Source of the DNA: Nitrososphaeria archaeon
GTDB taxonomy: Archaea > Thermoproteota > Nitrososphaeria > JACIWG01
Direction of reading: 5' to 3'
NCBI GenBank assembly: GCA_963760525.1
Contig: CAVXDT010000014.1
Coordinates: forward strand, 120,203-184,202
DNA: 64,000 nucleotides
In this document: piece by piece, positions 30,059-39,771 of the stretch
How positions within the stretch are numbered: position 1 is the stretch's first letter
Layout: the number at the start of each line of letters is the position of its first letter
Position numbers and translations under genes: made by a program
Notes under the pieces: generated by a model
What the model saw: the letters and a program-made list of their open reading frames with translations, nothing else
Database searches by the model: none
Told to the model about the DNA's origin: nothing

Positions 30059-30724
30059 ATGGTCTACATACTTGTCGATCATAGAGAATCAAAATCTTCG
30101 GTGCCCGCGTTTTTGAGGGAGATGGGTATGGAGATCAAGTTCAGGGCTTTAGAGGTAGGCGACTATGTGATAAGCCCGGAAATCGCCGTTGAAAGGAAAT
30201 CATTACACGATTTTGTTGCATCTCTTTTTGACGGTCGCCTATTTGTGCAAATAGATCGCCTTTCCTCCAGCTATTCCACCCCTTTCATGATTGTGGAAGG
30301 AAAATACGAAGATGTAGAGAAGTATGTTCAAAATCCCAAAGCAGTATACGGTGCTTTAGTGTCCGTGCTCTTGAATTACAGAATTAACCTTATCAACGTC
30401 CCATCAGCAAAAGAAACAGCCATCGTGTTGACTTCTCTAACTAGGCAATTTCCTCACAAACCCCCTCCAATAGTAAAACACGTCAAGAGAGAAAGTTTCC
30501 TAGATAAGCAAGTATATGTTGTCTCTTCCCTCCCAAATGTCGGTAACACGATTGCCTTAAGGCTCTTGGAGAAATTTGGAACGCCAAAACACATCTTACT
30601 TTCCTCAACAAAAGAGCTTGCTGAAATTAAAGGCTTAGGATTAAAGAAGGCTCGAGGAATCCGGTTACTGCTCGACACTCCATGGAAAAAGAACAATGCT
30701 TACTTCGAAGAAAGCATTGAATAA
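30059..30724 (+). CDS. xpf: Short XPF/ERCC4 endonuclease (crenarchaeal type)
   Basis: VDHRE, GDY, ERKS..D, tandem HhH. Confidence 0.92.
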   Translation: MVYILVDHRESKSSVPAFLREMGMEIKFRALEVGDYVISPEIAVERKSLHDFVASLFDGRLFVQIDRLSSSYSTPFMIVEGKYEDVEKYVQNPKAVYGALVSVLLNYRINLINVPSAKETAIVLTSLTRQFPHKPPPIVKHVKRESFLDKQVYVVSSLPNVGNTIALRLLEKFGTPKHILLSSTKELAEIKGLGLKKARGIRLLLDTPWKKNNAYFEESIE

Positions 30725-31358
30725 CTTTTTATCCTGTTCTATTCAACCTCAAAACATGAGCAATAATAGTGCTCATATTAAAGAAAACGCCTTCATGCTC
30801 ATAGACCTTATAAAAGAAAACCTGTCTGATTTGAACGAAAATGAACTTGAAATTCTTGTTCAAATTCTGAATTCCCACAAAGACAATAAAATCCTTGTTA
30901 TGGGCGCAGGGAGGAGTGGTCTTGTAGGGCGATGTTTCGCATTGAGATTGCAACATCTGGGTTTCAATGCTTACGTTCTAGGAGACACTATTGTGCCTTC
31001 CGTTACGAAAGATGATTTAGTAGTGGCTATATCAGGTTCAGGTTCTACAAAGTTAGTTGTTACTGCTGCAGAAGCAGCGAAACAGGCGGGAACTGAAATC
31101 ATAGCGATAACCTCTTATCCTAACTCTCCTTTGGGAAAACTTTCGACGCATACCGTGACAGTGGGGGGGCGTGTTGACGTCTCGACAAGAGACTACTTTG
31201 CTAGACAAATACTTGGGCTACATGAGACACTAGCTCCGCTAGGAACCGTTTACGAGGATAGCGCATCAATTTTACTAGATTCAATCATCGCCACACTAAT
31301 GTCCCAATTGCACGTAGCAGAATCGGAAATGCGTAAAAGGCATGCGAACATCGAGTAG
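30696..31358 (+). CDS. hxlB: 6-phospho-3-hexuloisomerase (SIS domain); start probably slightly downstream
   Basis: GAGRSG, ISGSGST, APLGT..E, RHANIE. Confidence 0.9.
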   Translation: MLTSKKALNNFLSCSIQPQNMSNNSAHIKENAFMLIDLIKENLSDLNENELEILVQILNSHKDNKILVMGAGRSGLVGRCFALRLQHLGFNAYVLGDTIVPSVTKDDLVVAISGSGSTKLVVTAAEAAKQAGTEIIAITSYPNSPLGKLSTHTVTVGGRVDVSTRDYFARQILGLHETLAPLGTVYEDSASILLDSIIATLMSQLHVAESEMRKRHANIE

Positions 31359-31413
31359 TCTTCCCAAAATCTTTTAAAAGAGTCAATTAAGAGGTTTAGT
31401 GTCTGATGCAAAT

Positions 31414-33632
31414 ATGCCAAGATATAAGACTACTAGTGAAGCGTTAAGGATTATAGGCAACAAGAACCAGATTCGAAAGGCTTAGGATAAACTAGCCCGA
31501 ATTATCTTGGTGTTGTTGCCCATGTAGATCATGGGAAAACTACAATGAGTGATAGCCTTCTTGCTGCTTGTGGAATGCTCAATCCTTCTCTTGCTGGGCA
31601 AGCTTTAGCCTTGGACTATATGGATTTGGAGCAGCAAAGACAGATGACAATTAAGGCTGCTAATGTCACCCTATATTACGAATATGAGGGTACGCCTTAT
31701 GTTATAAACCTGATTGACACGCCTGGCCACATCGATTTTACTGGAAGAGTCACAAGGAGTTTACGTGCTATCGACGGCGCCGTCGTCGTGTCGGACGCGG
31801 TAGAAGGAATTATGACTCAAACCGAGACCGTAACACGACAGGCACTAGAGGAAAGAGTTCGACCAGTGCTTTATATCAACAAAATTGACAGACTGATCAA
31901 AGAACTTAAGCTTGGTCCAGAAAAGATGCAGGCTTGGCTTGCGAATATTGTAACTGATTTCAACAATCTAATTGACATTTACGCTGAGCCAGAGTACAAG
32001 GAAAAATGGAAAGTCAGCATACAAAACAGTAGTGTCGCATTCGGTTCAGCAAAAGACCGTTGGGGGTTCAATTACATCGTTGCGCAGAAGAAAGGTGTCA
32101 AGTTTAGTGACATTTACAAAGGATACGAAGAAGGCAACATAAAACTCTTAGCTGAGAACTTTCCGCTTCACGAAGCCGTACTATCAATGGTAGTTACCCA
32201 CCATCCTTCCCCTATAGTGGCACAAAGATACCGTATTCCAAAGATATGGAAAGGCGATCTCGAGTCAGAGGTTGGGAAGTCATTAATGAACTGCGATGAA
32301 ACAGGGCCTATTGTCATGATGATTACAAATATTGTCGTAGACCCTCAAGCCGGACTGGTTGCTGTTGGGAGACTGTTCTCAGGAACTGTCAGAGATGGTG
32401 ACACCGTATATCTGCACAATGCCAGAACGCAAGCTAGAATTCAGTCCGTGAACATGTTCATGGGCATCTTCCGTGAAGTTGTGGGTGTACTAGGATCAGG
32501 AAACATTCCAGCGCTATTAGGACTTGATGCAGCACGCGCTGGAGAAACAATTTCGTCTGTCAAAGAAGTAGCGCCCTTTGAACAGATCAAGTATGTATCA
32601 GAGCCAGTTGTGACGATTGCAGTCGAGCCCAAATATCCACGCGACCTGCCGAAATTGATTGAAACACTGAGAAAACTGTCTATTGAAGATCCAAACCTAA
32701 TCATAAAGATCAATGAGGAAACTGGAGAACAACTGATAGCAGGCATGGGCGTCCTACATTTAGAAATTGCCACAACGCTCATCGCACAAGCTGGACTTGA
32801 AATCGTGCAGACGCCTCCGCTCGTAAACTATCGTGAAACTGTCAGGGGTTCAGCGGGCCCTGTCATGTCTAAATCGCCGAACAAACATAACCGTATCTTC
32901 ATGAAAGTGGAGCCGTTGACTCCTGAAATTGTTGAACTGATCAGGAACGGTACGATTAATGAGCAACTCGACAAGAAATCTGTAGCAAAGATCTTAAGAG
33001 AAAAAGGCTGGGAGGCTGACGAAGCCAGGAACGTTATTAGTGTGGACAACAGAGGAAACCTGTTTATTGATGAAACCAAAGGCGTCCAAGACATGCAAGA
33101 ATCAATCGATTCAATAAAAGTTGGGTTTTTCGATGTAATGGAGAACGGTCCGCTATCGCAAGAATCATGTAGAGGAATAAAGGTGATTTTGCATCATGCA
33201 GAATTCCACGAAGATCCTGCTCATCGAACTTACGCTCAACTCTTGCCAGCATCAAGGAGAGCAATATTGGGCGCAATGCTCTTGGCAAACCCAGTTTTGC
33301 TTGAGCCAATTCTGGGCATAGAAGTTAAAGCGAACAGCGAATTGATCGGTGCAGTTGCCGGTGTAATATCTTCAAGAAGAGGAAAGATGCTTGACGTACA
33401 ACAAAAGGGAATTTTGACAATCATAGAAGGCGTAATTCCCACTTCAGAAACATTCGACCTCAGCGAAGCGATGAGAGGTGCTACTGCAGGAAAAGCCATG
33501 TGGAACACGCATTTCAAGGAATGGAACATTGTTCCAACAAGCTTGTTAATGCAGCTCATAACATCTATAAGAAAGAGAAAAGGCTTGGGAGAAAATCCTC
33601 CAGCTCCAGAAGAATTCATAGACAGAGACTAG
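31414..33632 (+). CDS. fusA: Elongation factor 2, interrupted by a 26-nt BHB intron (exon 1 31414-31477, exon 2 31504-33632)
   Basis: Spliced N-terminus MPRYKTTSEALRIIGNKNQIRNLGVVAHVDHGKTT; DTPGH, NKID, HEDPAHR diphthamide loop. Confidence 0.95.
31478..31503 (+). other. Bulge-helix-bulge intron within the EF-2 coding sequence
   Basis: 4-bp helix UUCG/CGAA with 3-nt bulges AAA and UUA; cleavage after the second bulge nucleotide restores the frame; the insert carries an in-frame TAG. Confidence 0.85.
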
Positions 33633-33890
33633 TCATCCAAAAACCTTTTCCTTCTTTCTTCTTTTTTGTTTTCCGATTCTTTAAGAAAATTAAGTGGCCA
33701 CGTTAACCTATTGTCAACAAGCTTGATTATTCCCATTCCACCAGGACTTCTTCTGTTGGCCTGGCCCAAGGTTAGCTCTGATGAGATTTGTTGAATATGG
33801 GAATATGAAAAAACGATAGGAGCGATTGAAATTTCCAACAAAAGTGGGCTTCTTAAATATTCTTAAATTTTAGGAGTTCAATGAGTTGCG

Positions 33891-34388
33891 TTGTCTATGG
33901 AAAAAGAAGAAAGACAGCATTTGGCAAGAATCAGAAAAAGCAGAGGGCACAGTTTCGAAAGGGATATTGTAAAAAGATTTCGCGATGTTGGATGGTGGGC
34001 GTATAGAACAGGCGGAAATAGCGCTTATTTGCCTGATGTGATGGCGACAGACGATGCCAAAGGTGAATTGGCTGTTATTGAAGCCAAGTCCGGGGCAAAG
34101 GACCATTTGTATGTCAAATGGGACCAAATCTCTCACGATATATTTCTGATGGATGGCTTTAAAAGATATCCTGTGAGAAGCATGGTCCTTGCGTTCAAGT
34201 TCATTTCGAAAAAAAGAAATAGTAAAAAGGAATATGAGAGGAGAGAGTTAAAGGAATACTTCAAGCTGTTTCCTAAAGAGCTTTATAAGAAGTTGGAAGG
34301 AAAAAGCATGTCATGTCATTATGTAAGAGGCTGTCCAGAGCTTCCAGATTATCTCCCACCTTTCCAAATCAAAAGAAGAAACGGCTAG
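33891..34388 (+). CDS. Holliday junction resolvase-like PD-(D/E)xK nuclease
   Basis: RGHSFERDIV, PDVMA, VIEAKS. Confidence 0.75.
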   Translation: MSMEKEERQHLARIRKSRGHSFERDIVKRFRDVGWWAYRTGGNSAYLPDVMATDDAKGELAVIEAKSGAKDHLYVKWDQISHDIFLMDGFKRYPVRSMVLAFKFISKKRNSKKEYERRELKEYFKLFPKELYKKLEGKSMSCHYVRGCPELPDYLPPFQIKRRNG

Positions 34389-34666
34389 ATTAGCGAAGAT
34401 ATCTACACGTATTTTCTATTCAAGTAAGTGACAGGTTATTAGAATATTGAGCTATCCATAATAAAAGGATAATTGTGAATGAATTGGAGTTGGCAAGGCA
34501 TTCTCAGGCTTAGAATTCCTTATTCCAAAAATATCAGGGAGGGCTCGGTACTCAAGATCTATCTCATGATATTTCGATACGGTCTATTTCTTCATCGCCC
34601 CATAAACACGTTTTAAAAACTAATTAATAGTCATTTATCATATGAGCGAGTAGAGAAGGCGGTCGC

Positions 34667-35095
34667 ATGGTAGAAATAAGCCTGACAGTTCATTTGGATA
34701 GGATTCGGCGTTTCCTCATCAATAGCACTTGCCGTTCCTTTGTGCCAATGAGTTACTACAAAGACCCAGAAGTATTCCCAGAAAAGGAAGATGGGCCCGG
34801 TTCAATTTACATAGAAGCGGTTGACAAGGTCACCTTGACCAAAATTCGTGATATTACATTTGTAAACGCAAGAGACATTCTGGGGATCATATACTCTTCG
34901 AAGAGTGGCAATACTAAGCTAAAGTGGAGACAGATAAGAGGTAGAATGGGGAAGATGACTGGAAACGCTTCGACGAACTCCCTAGTGAACCTAGTGGAAT
35001 CAGGAATATTGAGCATAGACCAAGTAAAGGAAATGACTATTAAACAGGAGAAAACGCCGTCCTCTGAACCTCAGAAGGAAGTTGAACCCACATAG
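34667..35095 (+). CDS. Hypothetical protein (start may be ATG at 34748)
   Basis: Protein-like ORF after a TATA-like AT tract; no motif recognised. Confidence 0.55.
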   Translation: MVEISLTVHLDRIRRFLINSTCRSFVPMSYYKDPEVFPEKEDGPGSIYIEAVDKVTLTKIRDITFVNARDILGIIYSSKSGNTKLKWRQIRGRMGKMTGNASTNSLVNLVESGILSIDQVKEMTIKQEKTPSSEPQKEVEPT

Positions 35096-35291
35096 CATAT
35101 TCATCGCATGGATCCTTAACATAGAATTCTTTCCGCCGTGCTTCAAACAGAAGATTGGTTATTCTTTGGAATTCAGCAAAGGTATTAACTCTATTTCCTG
35201 TAGCTTTGAATTTTTCACCGAATTTCTCCAAATTTCTTAAGGATTTAAAGAGTGCAAAATTAATTTTTATTTCTGTCCACATAGAATACTA

Positions 35292-35633
35292 TTGGAGCAA
35301 GACATGGTATTAGTAAAAGTGTTTAGAATAACAAGTTTCACAGCTCCAGATACAGGAGAACCTGGAAAACAGATTGAAATGGTGGAAGTTAAGAGACAAC
35401 AGGTGATGGGCCAACAATATGGCGGCGATGACACAGCGCGTTTCACTCAGACCGTCATCTCTCAGATACAGTCAATGGGCATTCTGCCTCCGATGGCGAA
35501 GGAGATAAACTATCCGAAGATCATATTATTTCTGACAGAAAAGGAGTTTGACCAACTAGAAGTGCCGATGAACGTCAACGATACATACGAATTGACGTTC
35601 GAAAAAGGAAAGATATCGTTTAGTATTCCATAA
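35292..35633 (+). CDS. Arcadin-1-like protein
   Basis: GKQIEMVE, helical middle and PKIILFLTEKEFDQL..MNVNDTYEL resemble arcadin-1 (PRITLWLTEEE...DVGD). Confidence 0.65.
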   Translation: MEQDMVLVKVFRITSFTAPDTGEPGKQIEMVEVKRQQVMGQQYGGDDTARFTQTVISQIQSMGILPPMAKEINYPKIILFLTEKEFDQLEVPMNVNDTYELTFEKGKISFSIP

Positions 35634-35647
35634 TATTCGCGAATAAT

Positions 35648-35721
35648 GCGGCGTTGATCTAGTGGCCTATGATGCCAGCCTCCCAAGCTGGATATCCCGG
35701 GTTCAAATCCCGGACGCCGCA
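35648..35721 (+). tRNA. tRNA-Gly(CCC)
   Basis: GCGGCGT...ACGCCGCA, anticodon arm ccagc-ctCCCaa-gctgg. Confidence 0.95.
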
Positions 35722-35992
35722 TCCTTCTCGTATTAGGTGTTTGGAGGTTGAATTGTTGAGTTCAGGAAGGGCATCTTTGCTGGTAAATTGCACATTTTCG
35801 ATGATTATGTTCTTTGAAACCTTTAAAATATGATTCCTATTAGCCTAATCAAAACGTTCTTCTACTAGCTTTGGTAGACATTTCTATTCTTCTTTTTTAA
35901 TATATAGAGGTTTTCTTAGAATTTCAAATCTGTCCAGTCGTTAGGACAAAACTATTTATCAAGACAGTGGAGAACCTAATATTGAAATTAAA

Positions 35993-37621
35993 TTGGTTAA
36001 AGCATCTCAAGGGATTCTAATTCTACTATTCACCTTTGTAATAATAAATTCGGCAGCTGTATCACTCACTGCCAACTGTATGGTAACTTCAATTATTGAC
36101 GAGAATAATGTTGTAATTTCCGAAGTGTTACCTTCGGACTATAGATTAGCTGTGGAACTCTGGCTTGAGGAACGATCTGCTTGGTGTAGCTTATACATGG
36201 AGCATACGTCTTGGTCGAATCAAAGCCAAGCCATCGAAGCTGTTCAGAAAGAGATCAGCAGCAGATTGGCATCTTACAATCTTACATTCAATATTGAGTA
36301 TGTCAAATTTGCCGTAAACGCCTCTATGGATGTTGACTTTACGGTTTCCAACTTACCAGTCAATGGAGGGCCTTTGAACTTTGGTTACAACGACTATTCC
36401 GTTGAATTGGGTTGGTTGGTAGATTGGGCTGAGGCACCTTTTACACAATGGGAAAAGACAATAACGTCGACAGAATACTTCTTGGAGGAAGCGGAGCTAG
36501 AGCATTCAAGGGAAGTGGAAGGTAAGACTTACAGGTTCAATCTTGAGCGTATTATTCGATTACAGGGATTCACCAGCATATCCGAGCTCACGGATACAAG
36601 CGTTTCCTATTCGATCTTCATACCTAAAACCATCCTCAAACTCGACATCTCCCAGGACAAAATCAAGGTAGTCAACATAACCAACTTTTCAAATAAAACC
36701 GAATTTTACAGACTGTACGTTTTGGGCGAGCAGTATCGGGATGAGGTCTTGAAGAATGCTATAGCAGAGGAGGCAACAAGGTTGAACCCGTATAACTTTA
36801 CTGCAGACAACTTTGAAATCTATATGAGCGAGCCATCGGATTTTTACCTGGCCTTGATGGTTCACTACGTTGTACAGGGTGCTGTTGAAAATATTGGTGG
36901 CGATGGGTATAAGGTAGACTTGAGATTCCTTAGCATGCCACTATCGGAGTTCACCATATCGTTAAATCCTCGGACTAAAACAGTTCTGGGATACATGGGA
37001 GATTTGGGTGAAGAGAAAATATTGGTCGCAATACACATGGAATCTATTCAGAAGGTAGAGGATAATATTATATTTGGATTGCCTGTGCAGACTGCTACGA
37101 CCACCGCGACAACTACCGCAACAACAACGACTACTACTGCAACTTCAACGACGACCACACCGACTACAACTATGACAACAGCGACGACAACCACACAGAA
37201 ACCAGGAAACCCTCTAGTCACTGTGATAGCTGAAAATTATATCGCTATTGGGCTCACTTCACTGACTATTTTAGCAGGTGCACTGATCTGGAGAGGCCAC
37301 GTGAGGTCGGTGTGGAACAGGGGCAGCTTCGACTACGATACTTTCAGACTGCTCGTGAGGATGAGGGGTGGAGGAGTGAGGGTGAACCTTCTAAGATCTC
37401 TGGGTGAGCAGAAGAATAAGCTGCAGCTGGCTAAGGAGCTTGATATGGACTGGAAGGCTGTCGACCGTAACATAAGGATATTGTTGAAGTATGGCTTGAT
37501 CATGGAAACAGAGTCCGTGGGCAAGGTAAAATTCTATTCTCTCACACCTGATGGTAAAAAGGTCCTCGAGCTGTTGGAAGAATTGAATAGTGCAGAAGTT
37601 TCAGGGGGGACAGACATATAG
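35993..37621 (+). CDS. Membrane-anchored protein: signal peptide, extracellular domain, Thr-rich linker, TM helix, cytoplasmic winged HTH
   Basis: Hydrophobic N-terminus, poly-Thr stretch, TM YIAIGLTSLTILAGALIW, ArsR-like RGGGVRVNLL...LAKELDMDWKAVDRNIRILLKYGLI. Confidence 0.75.
   Translation: MVKASQGILILLFTFVIINSAAVSLTANCMVTSIIDENNVVISEVLPSDYRLAVELWLEERSAWCSLYMEHTSWSNQSQAIEAVQKEISSRLASYNLTFNIEYVKFAVNASMDVDFTVSNLPVNGGPLNFGYNDYSVELGWLVDWAEAPFTQWEKTITSTEYFLEEAELEHSREVEGKTYRFNLERIIRLQGFTSISELTDTSVSYSIFIPKTILKLDISQDKIKVVNITNFSNKTEFYRLYVLGEQYRDEVLKNAIAEEATRLNPYNFTADNFEIYMSEPSDFYLALMVHYVVQGAVENIGGDGYKVDLRFLSMPLSEFTISLNPRTKTVLGYMGDLGEEKILVAIHMESIQKVEDNIIFGLPVQTATTTATTTATTTTTTATSTTTTPTTTMTTATTTTQKPGNPLVTVIAENYIAIGLTSLTILAGALIWRGHVRSVWNRGSFDYDTFRLLVRMRGGGVRVNLLRSLGEQKNKLQLAKELDMDWKAVDRNIRILLKYGLIMETESVGKVKFYSLTPDGKKVLELLEELNSAEVSGGTDI
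37090..37195 (+). repeat. Thr-codon (ACN) low-complexity repeat encoding a stalk/linker
   Basis: Encodes TATTTATTTATTTTTTATSTTTTPTTTMTTATTTT. Confidence 0.85.
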
Positions 37622-39088
37622 ATGGCCACAAATCACTGGAAATATCTTTCAATAGCACTGGCCATAGTTCTTGTAGCATCTTCTCTCCTGTCAATCCAGA
37701 TAGTTGGCTCATTGGATGAACAACTTGACTCAATGGGAGGGAAATTAAACAGAATTGATAGCGAATACGACGATCTTAAAGCGAAATATGACATGTTGAA
37801 GGATTATTTCGGCTTGGACTATTACACTTCGAACCTCGTATATCTGCAGCTCGGATTTCCCAAGATCACCTCTGGAGGGCTCCCGTATTCCCCGAGCCTT
37901 CCAAACTACACGGTCTACATTAGTGGGAGTAACATACCAAATTTCAAACTTGGGACGATACCCGTGCCCGTAATAAATCTGAAGGACGCCCTCAAGATAG
38001 CGACATCCCCTGCAAACTTGGATCCTACAGAATACTGTCTGATTTCAGCGGACTTTAGCGATGGAACAGTTTTGAATAACACTCTGGAATGGAGTCCAAG
38101 CTGGTCCTTCTACTTTGCAAGGACCTATCAGGACTTTTGGCTCTACGGATTTGGGCTGGACTATAGTTCTGGAGCGATAACTGTCAACGCGTTCAACGGA
38201 AGCATAATGAGAATTTACGGTTTCGGAGAAAATGACATGTATCTGCCAACGTCAGGCGAGAATTTCGAGCTGAAGGTGAACATGACGCAGGCTCTCAAAA
38301 TCGTCAGAAAGAGCAGTTTGAACGGTGTCCCAAGGGAGCTGACAGAGGATGGAAAGATGCAGATGGCGGAGCCAAGAATAGTGCTTTTTGGCCCCGACTC
38401 AAGATACGGATACCTTGAGAGCCCACTTGATCCCTTGCTCTCAGGCAAAAAGAAACTTTGCTGGATCATACAGCTGCATTCACCAGTTCCAGGATACGGT
38501 TATTCTGGTACTTTCGCAGTTGACGCGGAGACTGGAGAGATTGTCGTAGGATATGCTCAAGCAAGTTATCCCTCACTTAATTACCCGTTCTTGAGCGGTG
38601 CCATAGATGGTTCATCAGTATGCAATTTGAAAGTATTGCAGTTGAACTTCTCCATAGATGGAAAGATTATCGGCATGGAAGGAAAACTGCCTCTCATAGT
38701 TCCCAACGTCGTAGTAGTGAGGCCGGGAGCCAGCGGAAGCATTGGCCTGAACATTACGTCTAACCACAGCCAAGATGTAATTGTAAACCTGACCATGGCC
38801 AACCCTCTACCGGGCCTGCAGAGTTTAGGTTCGGACAGCAGTCCTGAAGGAGTGTCAATGCAGTTCATGAGACAGCAGATGGTTGTACAGGCTAACGGAA
38901 CATCGCAGGCTACACTGCTTATTTCAGTACAGAACGATGTTCTGCAGAGGACGTATCTGCTGGAGGTGGACCTTGAATATATGTATCCGCAGTGGAATCA
39001 GCCTTCGAAACAGTCGTTCGTGTTTCTTCTGACCATATGGGATGGAAAAGGGTATATACCCCCATTGCCTATAATAGGTAATGGATGA
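37622..39088 (+). CDS. Membrane-anchored extracellular protein with PepSY-like segments and a C-terminal beta-rich domain
   Basis: N-terminal TM, short coiled coil, ALKIA...ITVNAFNGSI and ALKIV...AVDAETGEI. Confidence 0.6.
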   Translation: MATNHWKYLSIALAIVLVASSLLSIQIVGSLDEQLDSMGGKLNRIDSEYDDLKAKYDMLKDYFGLDYYTSNLVYLQLGFPKITSGGLPYSPSLPNYTVYISGSNIPNFKLGTIPVPVINLKDALKIATSPANLDPTEYCLISADFSDGTVLNNTLEWSPSWSFYFARTYQDFWLYGFGLDYSSGAITVNAFNGSIMRIYGFGENDMYLPTSGENFELKVNMTQALKIVRKSSLNGVPRELTEDGKMQMAEPRIVLFGPDSRYGYLESPLDPLLSGKKKLCWIIQLHSPVPGYGYSGTFAVDAETGEIVVGYAQASYPSLNYPFLSGAIDGSSVCNLKVLQLNFSIDGKIIGMEGKLPLIVPNVVVVRPGASGSIGLNITSNHSQDVIVNLTMANPLPGLQSLGSDSSPEGVSMQFMRQQMVVQANGTSQATLLISVQNDVLQRTYLLEVDLEYMYPQWNQPSKQSFVFLLTIWDGKGYIPPLPIIGNG

Positions 39089-39400
39089 TCATAAGCCAAT
39101 AGGAGTAGATTGTAGGCTCAAACATAGTATGCAAGATAGAACTTCTTAGACAGAACACTGTAATTAGACAAGATGGGAAGCAGTCGCTCTTCATTGAATT
39201 CATCGGATTAGCATTGCAGGTCCTGAACAAAGGTAAGGCTAACAGGGTGATTTTTGCCAGTGAAATAGGTATTTCTGGTGACCTGCGTAGTAATATTGCA
39301 TACTTTTATAGTATAACAATATTATGTATTTGCAATTGCGTTCATATACAGTATTACAAAGTTATATACCTGTTAGTAATATTACTTTGTAGTGTAATAT

Positions 39401-39676
39401 ATGCAATATAGCAGTGGTTCGGCCAAGAAACGTAATATTACTATTGGAGGCGATGACAAAGTAGAGAGGTACTTGGAAATTTCCAAAGGAAGGGATAGCA
39501 AGACGAACCTGAGGATCTTGAAGATTCTGTTTGAGAGGCCAAATCTAACATACGTTCAAGTCGCCAAAGAGATTGTTAAGAGAAAACCCAAATTAAATGA
39601 ATTAAGCGAATTGGATGAGTATAAACATTCCAAGAGTTTAGAAACTGTAACATATTTTTTATTGCGTATCTTATAA
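39401..39676 (+). CDS. Small putative HTH protein, possibly truncated
   Basis: LRILKILFERPNLTYVQVAKEI. Confidence 0.4.
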   Translation: MQYSSGSAKKRNITIGGDDKVERYLEISKGRDSKTNLRILKILFERPNLTYVQVAKEIVKRKPKLNELSELDEYKHSKSLETVTYFLLRIL

Positions 39677-39771
39677 GACGTCAAAGAACAATAGTTAAAT
39701 ATGAAGTGGAAAACTCCCCATTAGAGTTTGTCAACTGTGCAAGACAATTTAAATGTGGGATGTGAGAATCA

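Noticed and set aside
33629..33841. 70-aa minus-strand ORF after EF-2, and other short antisense ORFs in the track
   Set aside because: No recognisable motifs; they overlap terminator-like T-rich tracts or real genes on the opposite strand.
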